A DNA stretch of 60,053 nucleotides. It comes from Candidatus Nanopelagicales bacterium (lineage in GTDB: Bacteria > Actinomycetota > Actinomycetes > S36-B12). This document shows, in pieces, positions 29,382 through 37,656 of the stretch. A program made the translations under genes and the position numbers. The DNA is taken from contig JAQTXL010000001.1 in NCBI GenBank assembly GCA_028688835.1, forward strand, positions 12,328 through 72,380, given 5' to 3'. Each line of letters begins with the position of its first letter. Position 1 is the stretch's first letter. The notes under the pieces were generated by a model. The model worked only from the letters and a program-made list of their open reading frames with translations. It was not told where the DNA came from and did no database searches.

Positions 29382-30150
29382 CTAGGGCGCAAGGGAAGGA
29401 AGCCCCAGCAGGCCACGCTCGAGCACGGAGCCGGTGTGCAGGCTGATGAAATTGCCGATCGGCAGGTCCGACCAGGCATAGAAGTACACGCGGGCGATGC
29501 CCAGCGACTTGGCCATGGCCAAGGTCTGCGGCACGACGGCGGCGACCGTTGCTGACGACGACTTCTTGGCCTGGGTCTCGAACCCCACCTCGGTGACCCA
29601 GATCGGCAGTTCGCCCAGGCCGTTGAGCACCGCGACCCGGCGCATGGCGCTCCACGTGTAGTCGAGCCCCGAGGCCGAGAGCGTCGACGGGTACCAGTGA
29701 AAGGCCAGCGCATCGATCGCGGCGCCGGTAGCCGCCAGCGCCTTGAAGTACGGGGCATACATGGTCACGTCCTCAATGGAGCGGACGGTAGGGAGCCGGG
29801 GCGACGACGAGGGCGTTGGGATCCTCCTCGTGGATAATCGCCGCAGCGCGGGACATCATCTCCGCCATCTGCTCGGGTTTCCCTCGCCAGAAGAGCGTGA
29901 GGTTGGGCTCATTGCCGATCTCGTAGGCGGTGACCTGCCAGGCGTACCGCTGCACGCCATGACGCACGAAATCCAACCAGTCGTCCATGCTGGCATGAGG
30001 GGCGGCAGAGCCCGGGCCCATCCATGGCGCGTCGTTGGCATCAAGCCTCGCGGCTGCCCAGGCTTGCTCCCCCCTGGTCTTCAGTGGCCAGGTGGTTGTC
30101 ACGGAAGGCAACCGACGAGGCCAGCCTGACCACCTGCTCAAGGGCCACAA
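29382..30150 (-). pseudogene. Glycoside hydrolase paralogue, 5'-truncated and frameshifted
   Basis: Two adjacent minus-strand ORFs (29773-30150 and 29382-29768) together cover YEIGNEPN ... FHWYP ... IWVTEVG, motifs collinear with the 25730 gene. They are separated by a TGA and a frame change at about 29770. There is no signal peptide and the first roughly 90 residues are missing. Homology stops where the plus-strand duplicate begins. Confidence 0.75.
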
Positions 30151-30960
30151 CCATCGGCGGCCCGCGCATCGAGCGTGACGGCACCAAGCATGTGTTCCAG
30201 GGGGACTGGCCGAACATGCCGGTCACCTCGCTGCGCATCTGGGATGCCCACACGGCCTGGCTCAACATCGAGCCCGCCCCGGGCCAATGGGCCTTCGCCC
30301 GGCTCGACGCGTTCGTGGCCAAGGCCGAGGAGCATCACGTGCAGGACATCGTGCTCGTGCTCGGGGGCACACCCGCCTGGGCGGCCAAGCAGCAGCGCAA
30401 GACCGATGCCCCGTGGCTGGGCAAGGGGTCGGCCTCTCCGCCGGAGTTCTGGGATGACTGGACCACCTTCGTCGACACCGTCGCCTCGCGCTACCAGGGC
30501 CGCATCAAGGCCTACGAGATCTGGAACGAGCCCAACTCCGTGACCCACTGGAGCGGCACGGCGTGCGAGTGGGCCACGCTCACCGAGCTGGCAGCCAAGC
30601 AGATCGCCATCTCCGACCCGACCGCCAGGGTGGTTGTGGGCGGGTTCTCGACCTTCCCCGCGAAGACCCTGGCCAAGGCCCAGGCGTTCATCAAGGCGCT
30701 GCCGGCCTCGATGCCCAGGCCCTCCGCGATGGGCTTCCACTGGTACCCGATGAAGCAGCAGCTGCCTGCTGGCATCACCAGCACCGCCCAGGCGCTGCGG
30801 GCTGCCACCAAGGGCACCAGCCTCGACGGCCAAGGCAGGGTTTACGCGTCTCTGGAGGTACGCGTGGCCCGTTCTCGGGCTGCCGAACCTCACCAGAGCT
30901 ACGACGGCACGCCAGCGGCAAATTGGCTGTGGCTGAACAGTTGGTCAGAGTGCAACGTAT
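30151..30960 (+). pseudogene. Truncated duplicate of the 25730 glycoside hydrolase gene
   Basis: 30151-30817 is nearly identical to 25875-26541. It lacks the start and the signal peptide. The segment encoding LWLTETN (copy 1, about 26542-26678) is replaced by about 40 unrelated nt. The diverged tail (about 30858-30935) carries a further 1-nt indel. The N-terminus of ORF 30024-31034 is antisense to the neighbouring pseudogene. Confidence 0.8.
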
Positions 30961-30974
30961 CCGCACGCGATGTC

Positions 30975-32123
30975 TCACATTGCTTGCAGCGAACCTCGCG
31001 ATGTCCGTGCATTCGCAGGATTCACGCCCAATGACTCGGCATCCACAGCGCCGGGCATGCGCAGTGCCCACCTGAGGTTACGTGAGATTCCAGCTCGGCG
31101 TGGGCGACGGCTCGCGCGGCGCGCATTGCTCCAAGCGGCGTTCGCGAGCTCTGGTGTCATCAAGGCATGTGCGTCGTACATGGCGACGGCGGCGAGCGAG
31201 GCGACCACGCGCAGCGCATCGTCTCCGGAAGACGCCGCCATTTCAGCCGCAACGTCGGGTGACGCATGCACGGGTATGGGATGGTCATTCCTGCGTCGGA
31301 GCAGCAACACCCAGTGCCAAGCGCCCACCACGCGCGCCAGTGAAGACCCCCGCTGCAGGCGAATCCGCACCACATGCCACACGATGACTGACACTATGAG
31401 GCGCAGCAGGACCGCCGCCGCGAGTAGTGCCACGGCAATGCCTGCGGCACCTGCGATCACTACGATGATCGCCGGGAGTTGCCAGGGGATAGCGGGCGTG
31501 GTGACTGTGGTTGGTGCTGTGATCGTCTGCGTCAGCGTTCGGTGGGCACCAAGGAACGGAGCCGCGGCTGCCTGCACAGCCCAAGCGAGCGCAACCGCGC
31601 ATGCGAGCTGGGTCACGAACGAGGCAAGTCGTCGTCCCGAACGCAGATCGTCGATCGTGTAGGGACCGAGCATCCATAGCGTCATGCAGAGAGCAACGAC
31701 CCACAGCGCCGTCAGCCACGGTGGGAGGCTTGTGGTGTCGAGTGCCACGACGCCGATGAGCAATAGCAACGCGGGGATCACGACCAGCCACTGGCGGTGC
31801 GAGGCCACCGCGAGCGCCAAGCCGAAGGCACCCAGGCATGCGAATGCCGTCGCTCGGGTGATCGGACCAGATGACGAGCCGCCGAGACTCTCTGCCAAAG
31901 CAGGCACGATTGCCACCAAGCCGATGCCGACGAGTGTCGCGACTCTGGGTCGCCCTGCTACGAGCAAAGTGCGCACCACCAGTGCAGTGATGAGCGAGCC
32001 ACCAGCAACCCAGATGACGAGGCCCTGAGTTGAGATCAGGCGGTCGTATCCGACCCAGCAGACGACCAGCAGTGGGGCTAACGTCCACAGCGTGGGGACT
32101 TGGCTGCCCTGATGCTCAGTCAT
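30975..32123 (-). CDS. Polytopic membrane protein with DUF4129-like cytoplasmic C-terminal domain
   Basis: About 8 TM helices, then a helical tail (ASPDVAAEMAASSGDDALRVVASLAAVAMYDAHALMTPELANAAW) resembling DUF4129. No transglutaminase Cys-His-Asp core is seen. The ATG at 32123 overlaps the DUF58 stop (ATGA). Confidence 0.55.
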   Translation of the reverse strand: MTEHQGSQVPTLWTLAPLLVVCWVGYDRLISTQGLVIWVAGGSLITALVVRTLLVAGRPRVATLVGIGLVAIVPALAESLGGSSSGPITRATAFACLGAFGLALAVASHRQWLVVIPALLLLIGVVALDTTSLPPWLTALWVVALCMTLWMLGPYTIDDLRSGRRLASFVTQLACAVALAWAVQAAAAPFLGAHRTLTQTITAPTTVTTPAIPWQLPAIIVVIAGAAGIAVALLAAAVLLRLIVSVIVWHVVRIRLQRGSSLARVVGAWHWVLLLRRRNDHPIPVHASPDVAAEMAASSGDDALRVVASLAAVAMYDAHALMTPELANAAWSNARRASRRPRRAGISRNLRWALRMPGAVDAESLGVNPANARTSRGSLQAM

Positions 32124-33199
32124 GAGGATCCACTCCTGACGGTCACTGGGCTCAGTCGGCTCCAGGCCGCGACCCACGACCGTGAATGCTCAGTTCGGCT
32201 ACCGGTGATGAACACGACGCCACTAATCGGCCCCGCCCTCAACAACGAAGTTATGCGGGCAGGGTCGCATGCCGAGACTGGTTGCGCAGTGACCAGTGCG
32301 AGCCTGTCCACTGCAGAGGCCCGATCACGCGGATCGACGATTACGGTGTGCGCGCTGGCTTCAGTCGTCGTGAGCACGACAGCCTGGTGCGGACCGCAGC
32401 CGTGCCATGCCCAGCTCGCTGCCGAATCCACCGCCTGCTCGAAGCTCTCGGTATCGAAACTGGAAAAGACCGAACCCTGTTGGTCGTAGGCGCGGGCATT
32501 GACATCCAGAATGACGAGCAGTTTCGGGAGCGTGCTGCCGACCATGCGTCGGACCATGAGCGAGCCGTGGTGTGCTGAAGCACGCCAGTGCACCGACTTC
32601 ATCGGATCGCCGACCGCGTACTCTCGGATCGTCTCGACGTGCTCATTGCCGGCTCGGCTTCCCTCGGAGACGCTTGAGTCGGCTCCACGCAGGTCGAACT
32701 TGGCCAGTGGTTGAACGCGAGGCACGACGAGGACCTGCGATGGCTCTCGCCTGGCCAGCACCCTCGTATGCAGTCCCCATGGCCCCTGGACCTGCAGCCG
32801 CTCGGGTCCGACGAGGAATGAGCCGCGCTTCGAGGTGTCCACTGGCCACTCAAGTGTCACGCGTGTCGTGCCGGCACGTGCGCCGGACGGTGACTTCGGG
32901 ATCCACTGTCTTGTGCCGTGTCCGGTGGCGCTCAGCCAGGTTCGAGAACCCCAGCCGAGCTCCAGATCGATCATCACGCAGGCCGCTTCGCCTCGAACGA
33001 CACGAGTGGGGTGTTCGAGATCGTGCCACGTGGCGACATGCGGACCGCGAACTACGAACGCGAGGGCGACAAGGCCCAGCAGTGCGCCAGATACGCCGAG
33101 GATCTCGGCCCAGCCGAGCACCGTCGCGGCGACCGCCACGAGCAATATGCCGAGTGCGCCAGCAAGGCCGGCTGCGAGGTGCGTCACTCTCGATTGCAT
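32120..33199 (-). CDS. DUF58 (vWA-like) domain protein
   Basis: It has the signature REYAVGDPMKSVHWRASAHHGSLMVRRM and two N-terminal TM helices. It lies immediately downstream of the MoxR ATPase gene. Confidence 0.85.
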   Translation of the reverse strand: MQSRVTHLAAGLAGALGILLVAVAATVLGWAEILGVSGALLGLVALAFVVRGPHVATWHDLEHPTRVVRGEAACVMIDLELGWGSRTWLSATGHGTRQWIPKSPSGARAGTTRVTLEWPVDTSKRGSFLVGPERLQVQGPWGLHTRVLARREPSQVLVVPRVQPLAKFDLRGADSSVSEGSRAGNEHVETIREYAVGDPMKSVHWRASAHHGSLMVRRMVGSTLPKLLVILDVNARAYDQQGSVFSSFDTESFEQAVDSAASWAWHGCGPHQAVVLTTTEASAHTVIVDPRDRASAVDRLALVTAQPVSACDPARITSLLRAGPISGVVFITGSRTEHSRSWVAAWSRLSPVTVRSGSS

Positions 33200-33210
33200 A
33201 GTGCCAGTGG

Positions 33211-34194
33211 CTAGCGTGGCTGAGGCGCGGGCACGGCGGCAATCGCATCCGCGATGATTGAGGCACCGCTGGTGCCACGTGATTCGGAGTCGACGTCAAC
33301 GATGAGCCTGTGTGCCAGCACTGCTCCTGCAAGCTTCTGCACGTCACCTGGGAGGACGAATCCGCGATCGTACAGGAGTGCCCGGGCGCGGGCAGCCCGG
33401 AGCAGTGCGATCGACCCGCGAGGCGAGGCTCCCAGCTGCACCCCCGGGGCTGTGCGTGTCCATGCAACAAGGCGGACGATGTAGTCGATGACCGGCGGGC
33501 TGACTTCCACGGATCGTGCCGCATGGATCAGCGCGTCAATTCCTGCGGCGTCGATGACGGGTGCGATCTGGCTGATCGCTGCACCGTGGTGATGATCCGA
33601 CACGACGGTGATCTCGGACTGGAGATCGGGGTATCCCAGCTGTCCTCGAATCAGGAAGCGATCGAGCTGTGCTTCGGGCAGGGCGTAGGTGCCTGTCATG
33701 TCGACTGGGTTCTGCGTTGCGATCACCATGAAGGGGACGGGCAGCCGTTGGGTCGTGCCGTCGATGGAGACGGTGCGCTCCTCCATGGCCTCGAGGAGAG
33801 CAGACTGCGTGCGAGGCGTTGCCCGGTTGATCTCGTCGGCGAGCACGATCGATGCGAATATGGGTCCGGGGTGGAAGACGAAGGTGGATGTCCCTGGATC
33901 CCAGACCGAGACTCCGGTAATGTCCGATGGCATCAAGTCGGGCGTGAATTGGATGCGGTTCCAGTGCACCGATGTGGCCTGGGCAAGAGCCCGAGCCAGC
34001 GACGTCTTGCCGACGCCCGGGACGTCATCGAGCAGCAGGTGCCCTTCGGCGATCAAGCAAATGACGGCGAGTTCAATGGCCTCCGGCTTCCCGCGGACGA
34101 ATTGTCCGACGGCGGCAACGATGTCAAGGGCAGTGGCAGTTGCGCTCCTGGGACTCTGACTGTCGTCGGCAGCACCCGCATTCGTCGATCCCAT
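33211..34194 (-). CDS. MoxR-family AAA+ ATPase
   Basis: Walker A is DDVPGVGKTSLARALA and Walker B is VLADEINRATPRTQSALLEAMEERTVSIDG. The start is uncertain (ATG at 34194, 34224 or 34239). Confidence 0.9.
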   Translation of the reverse strand: MGSTNAGAADDSQSPRSATATALDIVAAVGQFVRGKPEAIELAVICLIAEGHLLLDDVPGVGKTSLARALAQATSVHWNRIQFTPDLMPSDITGVSVWDPGTSTFVFHPGPIFASIVLADEINRATPRTQSALLEAMEERTVSIDGTTQRLPVPFMVIATQNPVDMTGTYALPEAQLDRFLIRGQLGYPDLQSEITVVSDHHHGAAISQIAPVIDAAGIDALIHAARSVEVSPPVIDYIVRLVAWTRTAPGVQLGASPRGSIALLRAARARALLYDRGFVLPGDVQKLAGAVLAHRLIVDVDSESRGTSGASIIADAIAAVPAPQPR

Positions 34195-34289
34195 GGGAGT
34201 GCATGTTACGCGCCTGAAGGCCATGGTTCGCAGTGGCAACGTCGCGTTGGTATCCCAAGATCAGCAGCGCTCGTGCTCCCGAGGCTCGC

Positions 34290-36026
34290 TCAGCCGGGCC
34301 CGACGGACGCATCGGCAGGCGGTGTGGCAGCGTCGGCGAACTGAACCAGCTCGGCTGTGTGACGAATACGCCAGCGGCCGCGCCCTGTGCCATCGGGACC
34401 CAGGCTTCGCGCTACCAGATACAGCCGCGAGATCGCGGCATCGACGTCGACCGTGTTGCTCAAGGGGGCAGGCGCGCCACGGAAAGGAGCGGTGATTCTC
34501 TGCAGATGCCGGGGTGAGGCCAGTGCCCTGCGCGGGAGGTGCGGCTGCCCAGTGAAGTCGATGAGATCTGCATGATGGCTGTCCAAGAGCTCCCGCACCT
34601 GGGCCGGCGATTCGAGCGCTGACAGGTCGAGTGATTCCAGCAGGCGTGCAGCAGTCGAAGGGTCGGGGGCCTGCAGGATCCGCGCAAGCTCAGGATTGAG
34701 GTCGAGACGCTGGGCCCGCGTAACGAGAGCGTGCCAATCTGCCACCAGGGGCAGGATGCCCCGCGCGCCGATTGCTGATGGCAGGTACGACCTGAGCCGC
34801 GCCTCCGAGTAGAGACCGTCGTCGGCGAAGACGAGCATTGCATCGCAGACGCCTCGGTCGCGCAACTGCGAGAGAGGCAACTCGATGGACTCATCCTGGG
34901 CGAGAGTCGGCCAGATGCCGAGCACCGTGGTGCCGCCCTCGAAGTCCACTCCGCTGATGACAACAAGGCGTGTGGCTTCAGGCGCCGAAGAATCTCGGAT
35001 CACCGGCTGAGCCGCAGTCAGCGTGATGACGGCATACCGCCGGTCCAAGGGTCGCGTCAGCCACTCCTCCTGCTGCACCAGGCAGTCACGCACCAGGCCA
35101 GCGATCTGAGCAGGCTGGACAGCGATGCCGTGTCGTTTGCCGAGCTGCCTTGCGATCTTCGCAGGCCTCATGCGCTGTGCAGAGAGACGCAATGCCGAGC
35201 TGGTCAAGTCCACCGTCGGTACGCTCAGCTGCGCATCCTGGTGTCGCTCGGATTCACCCGGGTGCCTTGGCGCGCGCGCTCGGAAGGTCTCGAATGCGTC
35301 GTGCAGTGCATCGTGATTGCGGATCAGCGCAAGATCGCTGTCCAGCACTTGTTTATCGGTCACCATTTGCACCGGCATCGTGTCGAGCCCGAGCAACGCG
35401 AAGATCCGGTCTGCTGTTTCCTGCCACTCCGCGACGAGTGACTCGTAGGAAATGGAGAGGTAGTTCGGGCCGGCGAACAGCGTCGCGAAGTAGTCGTCGC
35501 TGCGCTGCATCTGCTCGAAGAACTCGAGCGCTCTTCCGACGCGAATGGAGAATGGGCGCACCGGTGGCCGACTCGAGCGGTCGCTCGACCATTGCACCCA
35601 CACTTTGGTGCGCTTGGCGAGCTCTAGTGAGATCAGAACACTCAGGTAGTCGTCTCGACGAATGTGCAGAACTGCTGCGTCTGGGTAGTGCTCACGAATT
35701 CGGGGGAGAAGATCTGCAGCACCGGACCCTCGAACGTGCTCGGCGAAGACCTTGAGCCCGATGACGGCCGGAGGTGGAACCTGAGACTCGGGTGCCGAGA
35801 ACACATACTCGTCAAGGAAGTCGATTGCGTCTTCTTTGCGAGGGTTGAACCAGCGCTTCTCGGTGCCCCCGAGCGCATGCTGGCCTCGGCGCTCGTTCTT
35901 CACCGGATGGAAGAGCTCACCGTGCATTTCGATCGACGGGTGCTGGAGCAGGAGTGTGCTGAGCAATGTGCTGCCCGTGCGGGGGCTTCCGACGACGAAC
36001 AGTGGCAGAGGGTGATCACTCATCAA
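34290..36026 (-). CDS. Stf0-like sulfotransferase (about aa 1-250) fused in frame to a degenerate IS256-type transposase-derived region (about aa 275-560)
   Basis: The 5'-PSB loop is GSPRTGSTL and the 3'-PB-like motif is LHIRRDDYLSVLIS. After residue 275, QEEWLTRPLDRRYAVITLTAAQPVIRD, VISGVDFEGGTTVLGIW, LRDRGVCDAMLVFADDGL and SPRHLQRITAPFRG are collinear with IS256 transposase motifs (W..RPL..YP.v.lDA..vKvR, v.iGv..eG.r.vLG, L..RGL..v.lv.sDg..GL, TTN.iE.ln...R). Confidence 0.65.
   Translation of the reverse strand: MMSDHPLPLFVVGSPRTGSTLLSTLLLQHPSIEMHGELFHPVKNERRGQHALGGTEKRWFNPRKEDAIDFLDEYVFSAPESQVPPPAVIGLKVFAEHVRGSGAADLLPRIREHYPDAAVLHIRRDDYLSVLISLELAKRTKVWVQWSSDRSSRPPVRPFSIRVGRALEFFEQMQRSDDYFATLFAGPNYLSISYESLVAEWQETADRIFALLGLDTMPVQMVTDKQVLDSDLALIRNHDALHDAFETFRARAPRHPGESERHQDAQLSVPTVDLTSSALRLSAQRMRPAKIARQLGKRHGIAVQPAQIAGLVRDCLVQQEEWLTRPLDRRYAVITLTAAQPVIRDSSAPEATRLVVISGVDFEGGTTVLGIWPTLAQDESIELPLSQLRDRGVCDAMLVFADDGLYSEARLRSYLPSAIGARGILPLVADWHALVTRAQRLDLNPELARILQAPDPSTAARLLESLDLSALESPAQVRELLDSHHADLIDFTGQPHLPRRALASPRHLQRITAPFRGAPAPLSNTVDVDAAISRLYLVARSLGPDGTGRGRWRIRHTAELVQFADAATPPADASVGPG
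34345..35205 (-). mobile_element. IS256/Mutator-family transposase remnant (5'-truncated, catalytic residues degenerate)
   Basis: See the previous feature. The first DDE Asp position reads T (TLTA instead of lDA) and the Glu position reads Q (HLQRI). I did not find inverted repeats. Confidence 0.6.
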
Positions 36027-36816
36027 GGACTTCGTCGATGTAAGCGGGATCTACGGCAGTCGCCCCTCCTGCGAGGCCATCAACCCAAGCCGTGTATTCA
36101 TCGACGACTTCCTTGGCGGGGCCATGCGCGCGCACGCGTCCTTGATCGAGCCAGAGCACCGTCTCGGCTGTGTTCGCGATGCCGGCGCCGTGCGAGGACA
36201 TGACCACGATCTCGGCGTTGTTGTGAAATTCTCGTAGGCGCGCTGCAGCCCTCTGCGCAAATGCCGCATCGGCAGTGGCGACTCCTTCGTCCATCACCAG
36301 GATCTGCGGCGTCAGGCTTGTGAGGATTGAGAAGCGCAAACGTGCGCGCATACCGCTGGAGTAGGTCGCCACCGGATTGCGAAGTCGCACACCAAGCCCC
36401 GAGAAATCTGCGATCTCATCCACACGTGCACGCATCGCCTTGGGGGTTTCGCCCAGCAGCACGCCGGTCATGATCACGTTCTCGTAGCCTGAGAGCCCGA
36501 AGTCCAGGCCAGCACCTGACCCTCCGAGCAGTGAGAAGACCTTGCCTTCCAGTCGAACTCTGCCGTGCGTAGGTGGGAGTGCTCCTGCCATCACGCGCAG
36601 GAGGGTCGACTTGCCCGCGCCGTTGACACCGATCACGCCCAATCGCGTTCCGGGGGTAAGTGTGAGCGACAGGTCATCGATCGCGGCCAGCGTCGTGCTC
36701 GGTGCATTGATGCGCTTGCGGCCAAGACCTGTCAGGAACTTCCGCTTGAGATTGGCGCCCTCGATGGTGAGCAGGTTGTAGACGACGGAAATGCCGTCGA
36801 TCTCGATGCGGCTCAT
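36016..36816 (-). CDS. Polysaccharide/teichoic-acid-type ABC exporter ATP-binding protein (Wzt/TagH-like, no C-terminal glycan-binding domain)
   Basis: ATG 36816 (MSRIEIDGISVVYNL) overlaps the permease stop (ATGA). Walker A is GVNGAGKSTLL, the signature is YSSGMRARL and Walker B is ILVMDEGVATAD. About 266 aa. Confidence 0.88.
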   Translation of the reverse strand: MSRIEIDGISVVYNLLTIEGANLKRKFLTGLGRKRINAPSTTLAAIDDLSLTLTPGTRLGVIGVNGAGKSTLLRVMAGALPPTHGRVRLEGKVFSLLGGSGAGLDFGLSGYENVIMTGVLLGETPKAMRARVDEIADFSGLGVRLRNPVATYSSGMRARLRFSILTSLTPQILVMDEGVATADAAFAQRAAARLREFHNNAEIVVMSSHGAGIANTAETVLWLDQGRVRAHGPAKEVVDEYTAWVDGLAGGATAVDPAYIDEVLDE

Positions 36817-37616
36817 TCTGCGACCCAGTAGGGGATCCGTGCGCGTGACTTGGTGAAGACCACGATTCCCAGTGCCAGATTCCCGACAGCGAGCAGGGTG
36901 GTCACCACGTAGGGCGCCAGACCATGGCTGGTGCCAAGAATAGGGTCGCGAAAGGCAAGGAGCTGATAGGTCAGCGGGTTCCACCAAGCCAGCCAGGCAC
37001 GGTCATTGGTCGTGACTTGGTCGATGGACCAGAAGATGGGTGTCAGGAAGAACATGAGCCGCATCACCATGCTCACCAGCGGACCGACATCCCGGAAGCG
37101 TGCTGCCAGAGGGCCGAGCCACAGCCCGACTCCGATGCTCGATGCAACAATCAGGAAGGTAGCAAGGACCGACAGTCCCCATGCGAGAGTGAAGGGGATG
37201 GAGAAGAACAGGGCGATGACGATGATCACGACCGCGTCGTGCAGGAAGTCGATGAACTGCACTGCGTTGCCCTGCATCGGGTAGGTCGAGTACGGGCGTT
37301 GTGAGGTGGAAAGCTGAGCGCCGGCTTGCACGTAGGTGGAACTGCCGACATTGATTCCGCCGGCGATGAGTCCGAAGATGATGAAGCCCAGTCCGACATA
37401 CGGAACCGCGTTCTTGAGATCACCCCCGCCGAGACCGACGCGCAGGAACGACAGACCGAACACGAAGAAGACAGTGCTCAGGGTGAGCCACCAGGGTCCG
37501 AGAATGGTTCGTCGGTAGCGGTTTCCAACCGAGATCAGCGCGGCCAGCGTCCAGATCCGGCGCTCTCGCCAAGTGGCTTTGATATCGGCTCGGGCCGCGG
37601 CCCACTGGTCGCGCAT
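36813..37616 (-). CDS. ABC-2 polysaccharide exporter permease (Wzm/TagG-like)
   Basis: The pattern NRYRRTILGPWWLTLSTVFFV is typical of Wzm/TagG, with six hydrophobic helices. The start is uncertain (ATG 37616 or GTG 37667). The upstream part of ORF 36813-38006 overlaps the RgpF-WbsX gene. Confidence 0.85.
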   Translation of the reverse strand: MRDQWAAARADIKATWRERRIWTLAALISVGNRYRRTILGPWWLTLSTVFFVFGLSFLRVGLGGGDLKNAVPYVGLGFIIFGLIAGGINVGSSTYVQAGAQLSTSQRPYSTYPMQGNAVQFIDFLHDAVVIIVIALFFSIPFTLAWGLSVLATFLIVASSIGVGLWLGPLAARFRDVGPLVSMVMRLMFFLTPIFWSIDQVTTNDRAWLAWWNPLTYQLLAFRDPILGTSHGLAPYVVTTLLAVGNLALGIVVFTKSRARIPYWVAE

Positions 37617-37656
37617 GGGTGCATCAACGGGCACCACGATGGTGACTTCTGTTGGG

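Noticed and set aside
30024-31034. 336-aa plus-strand ORF that could be read as an intact glycoside hydrolase gene.
   Set aside because: - Its first roughly 42 codons are antisense to the neighbouring minus-strand pseudogene.
- It has no signal peptide.
- It lacks the nucleophile segment and contains indels relative to the intact copy.

It was therefore called a pseudogene fragment.
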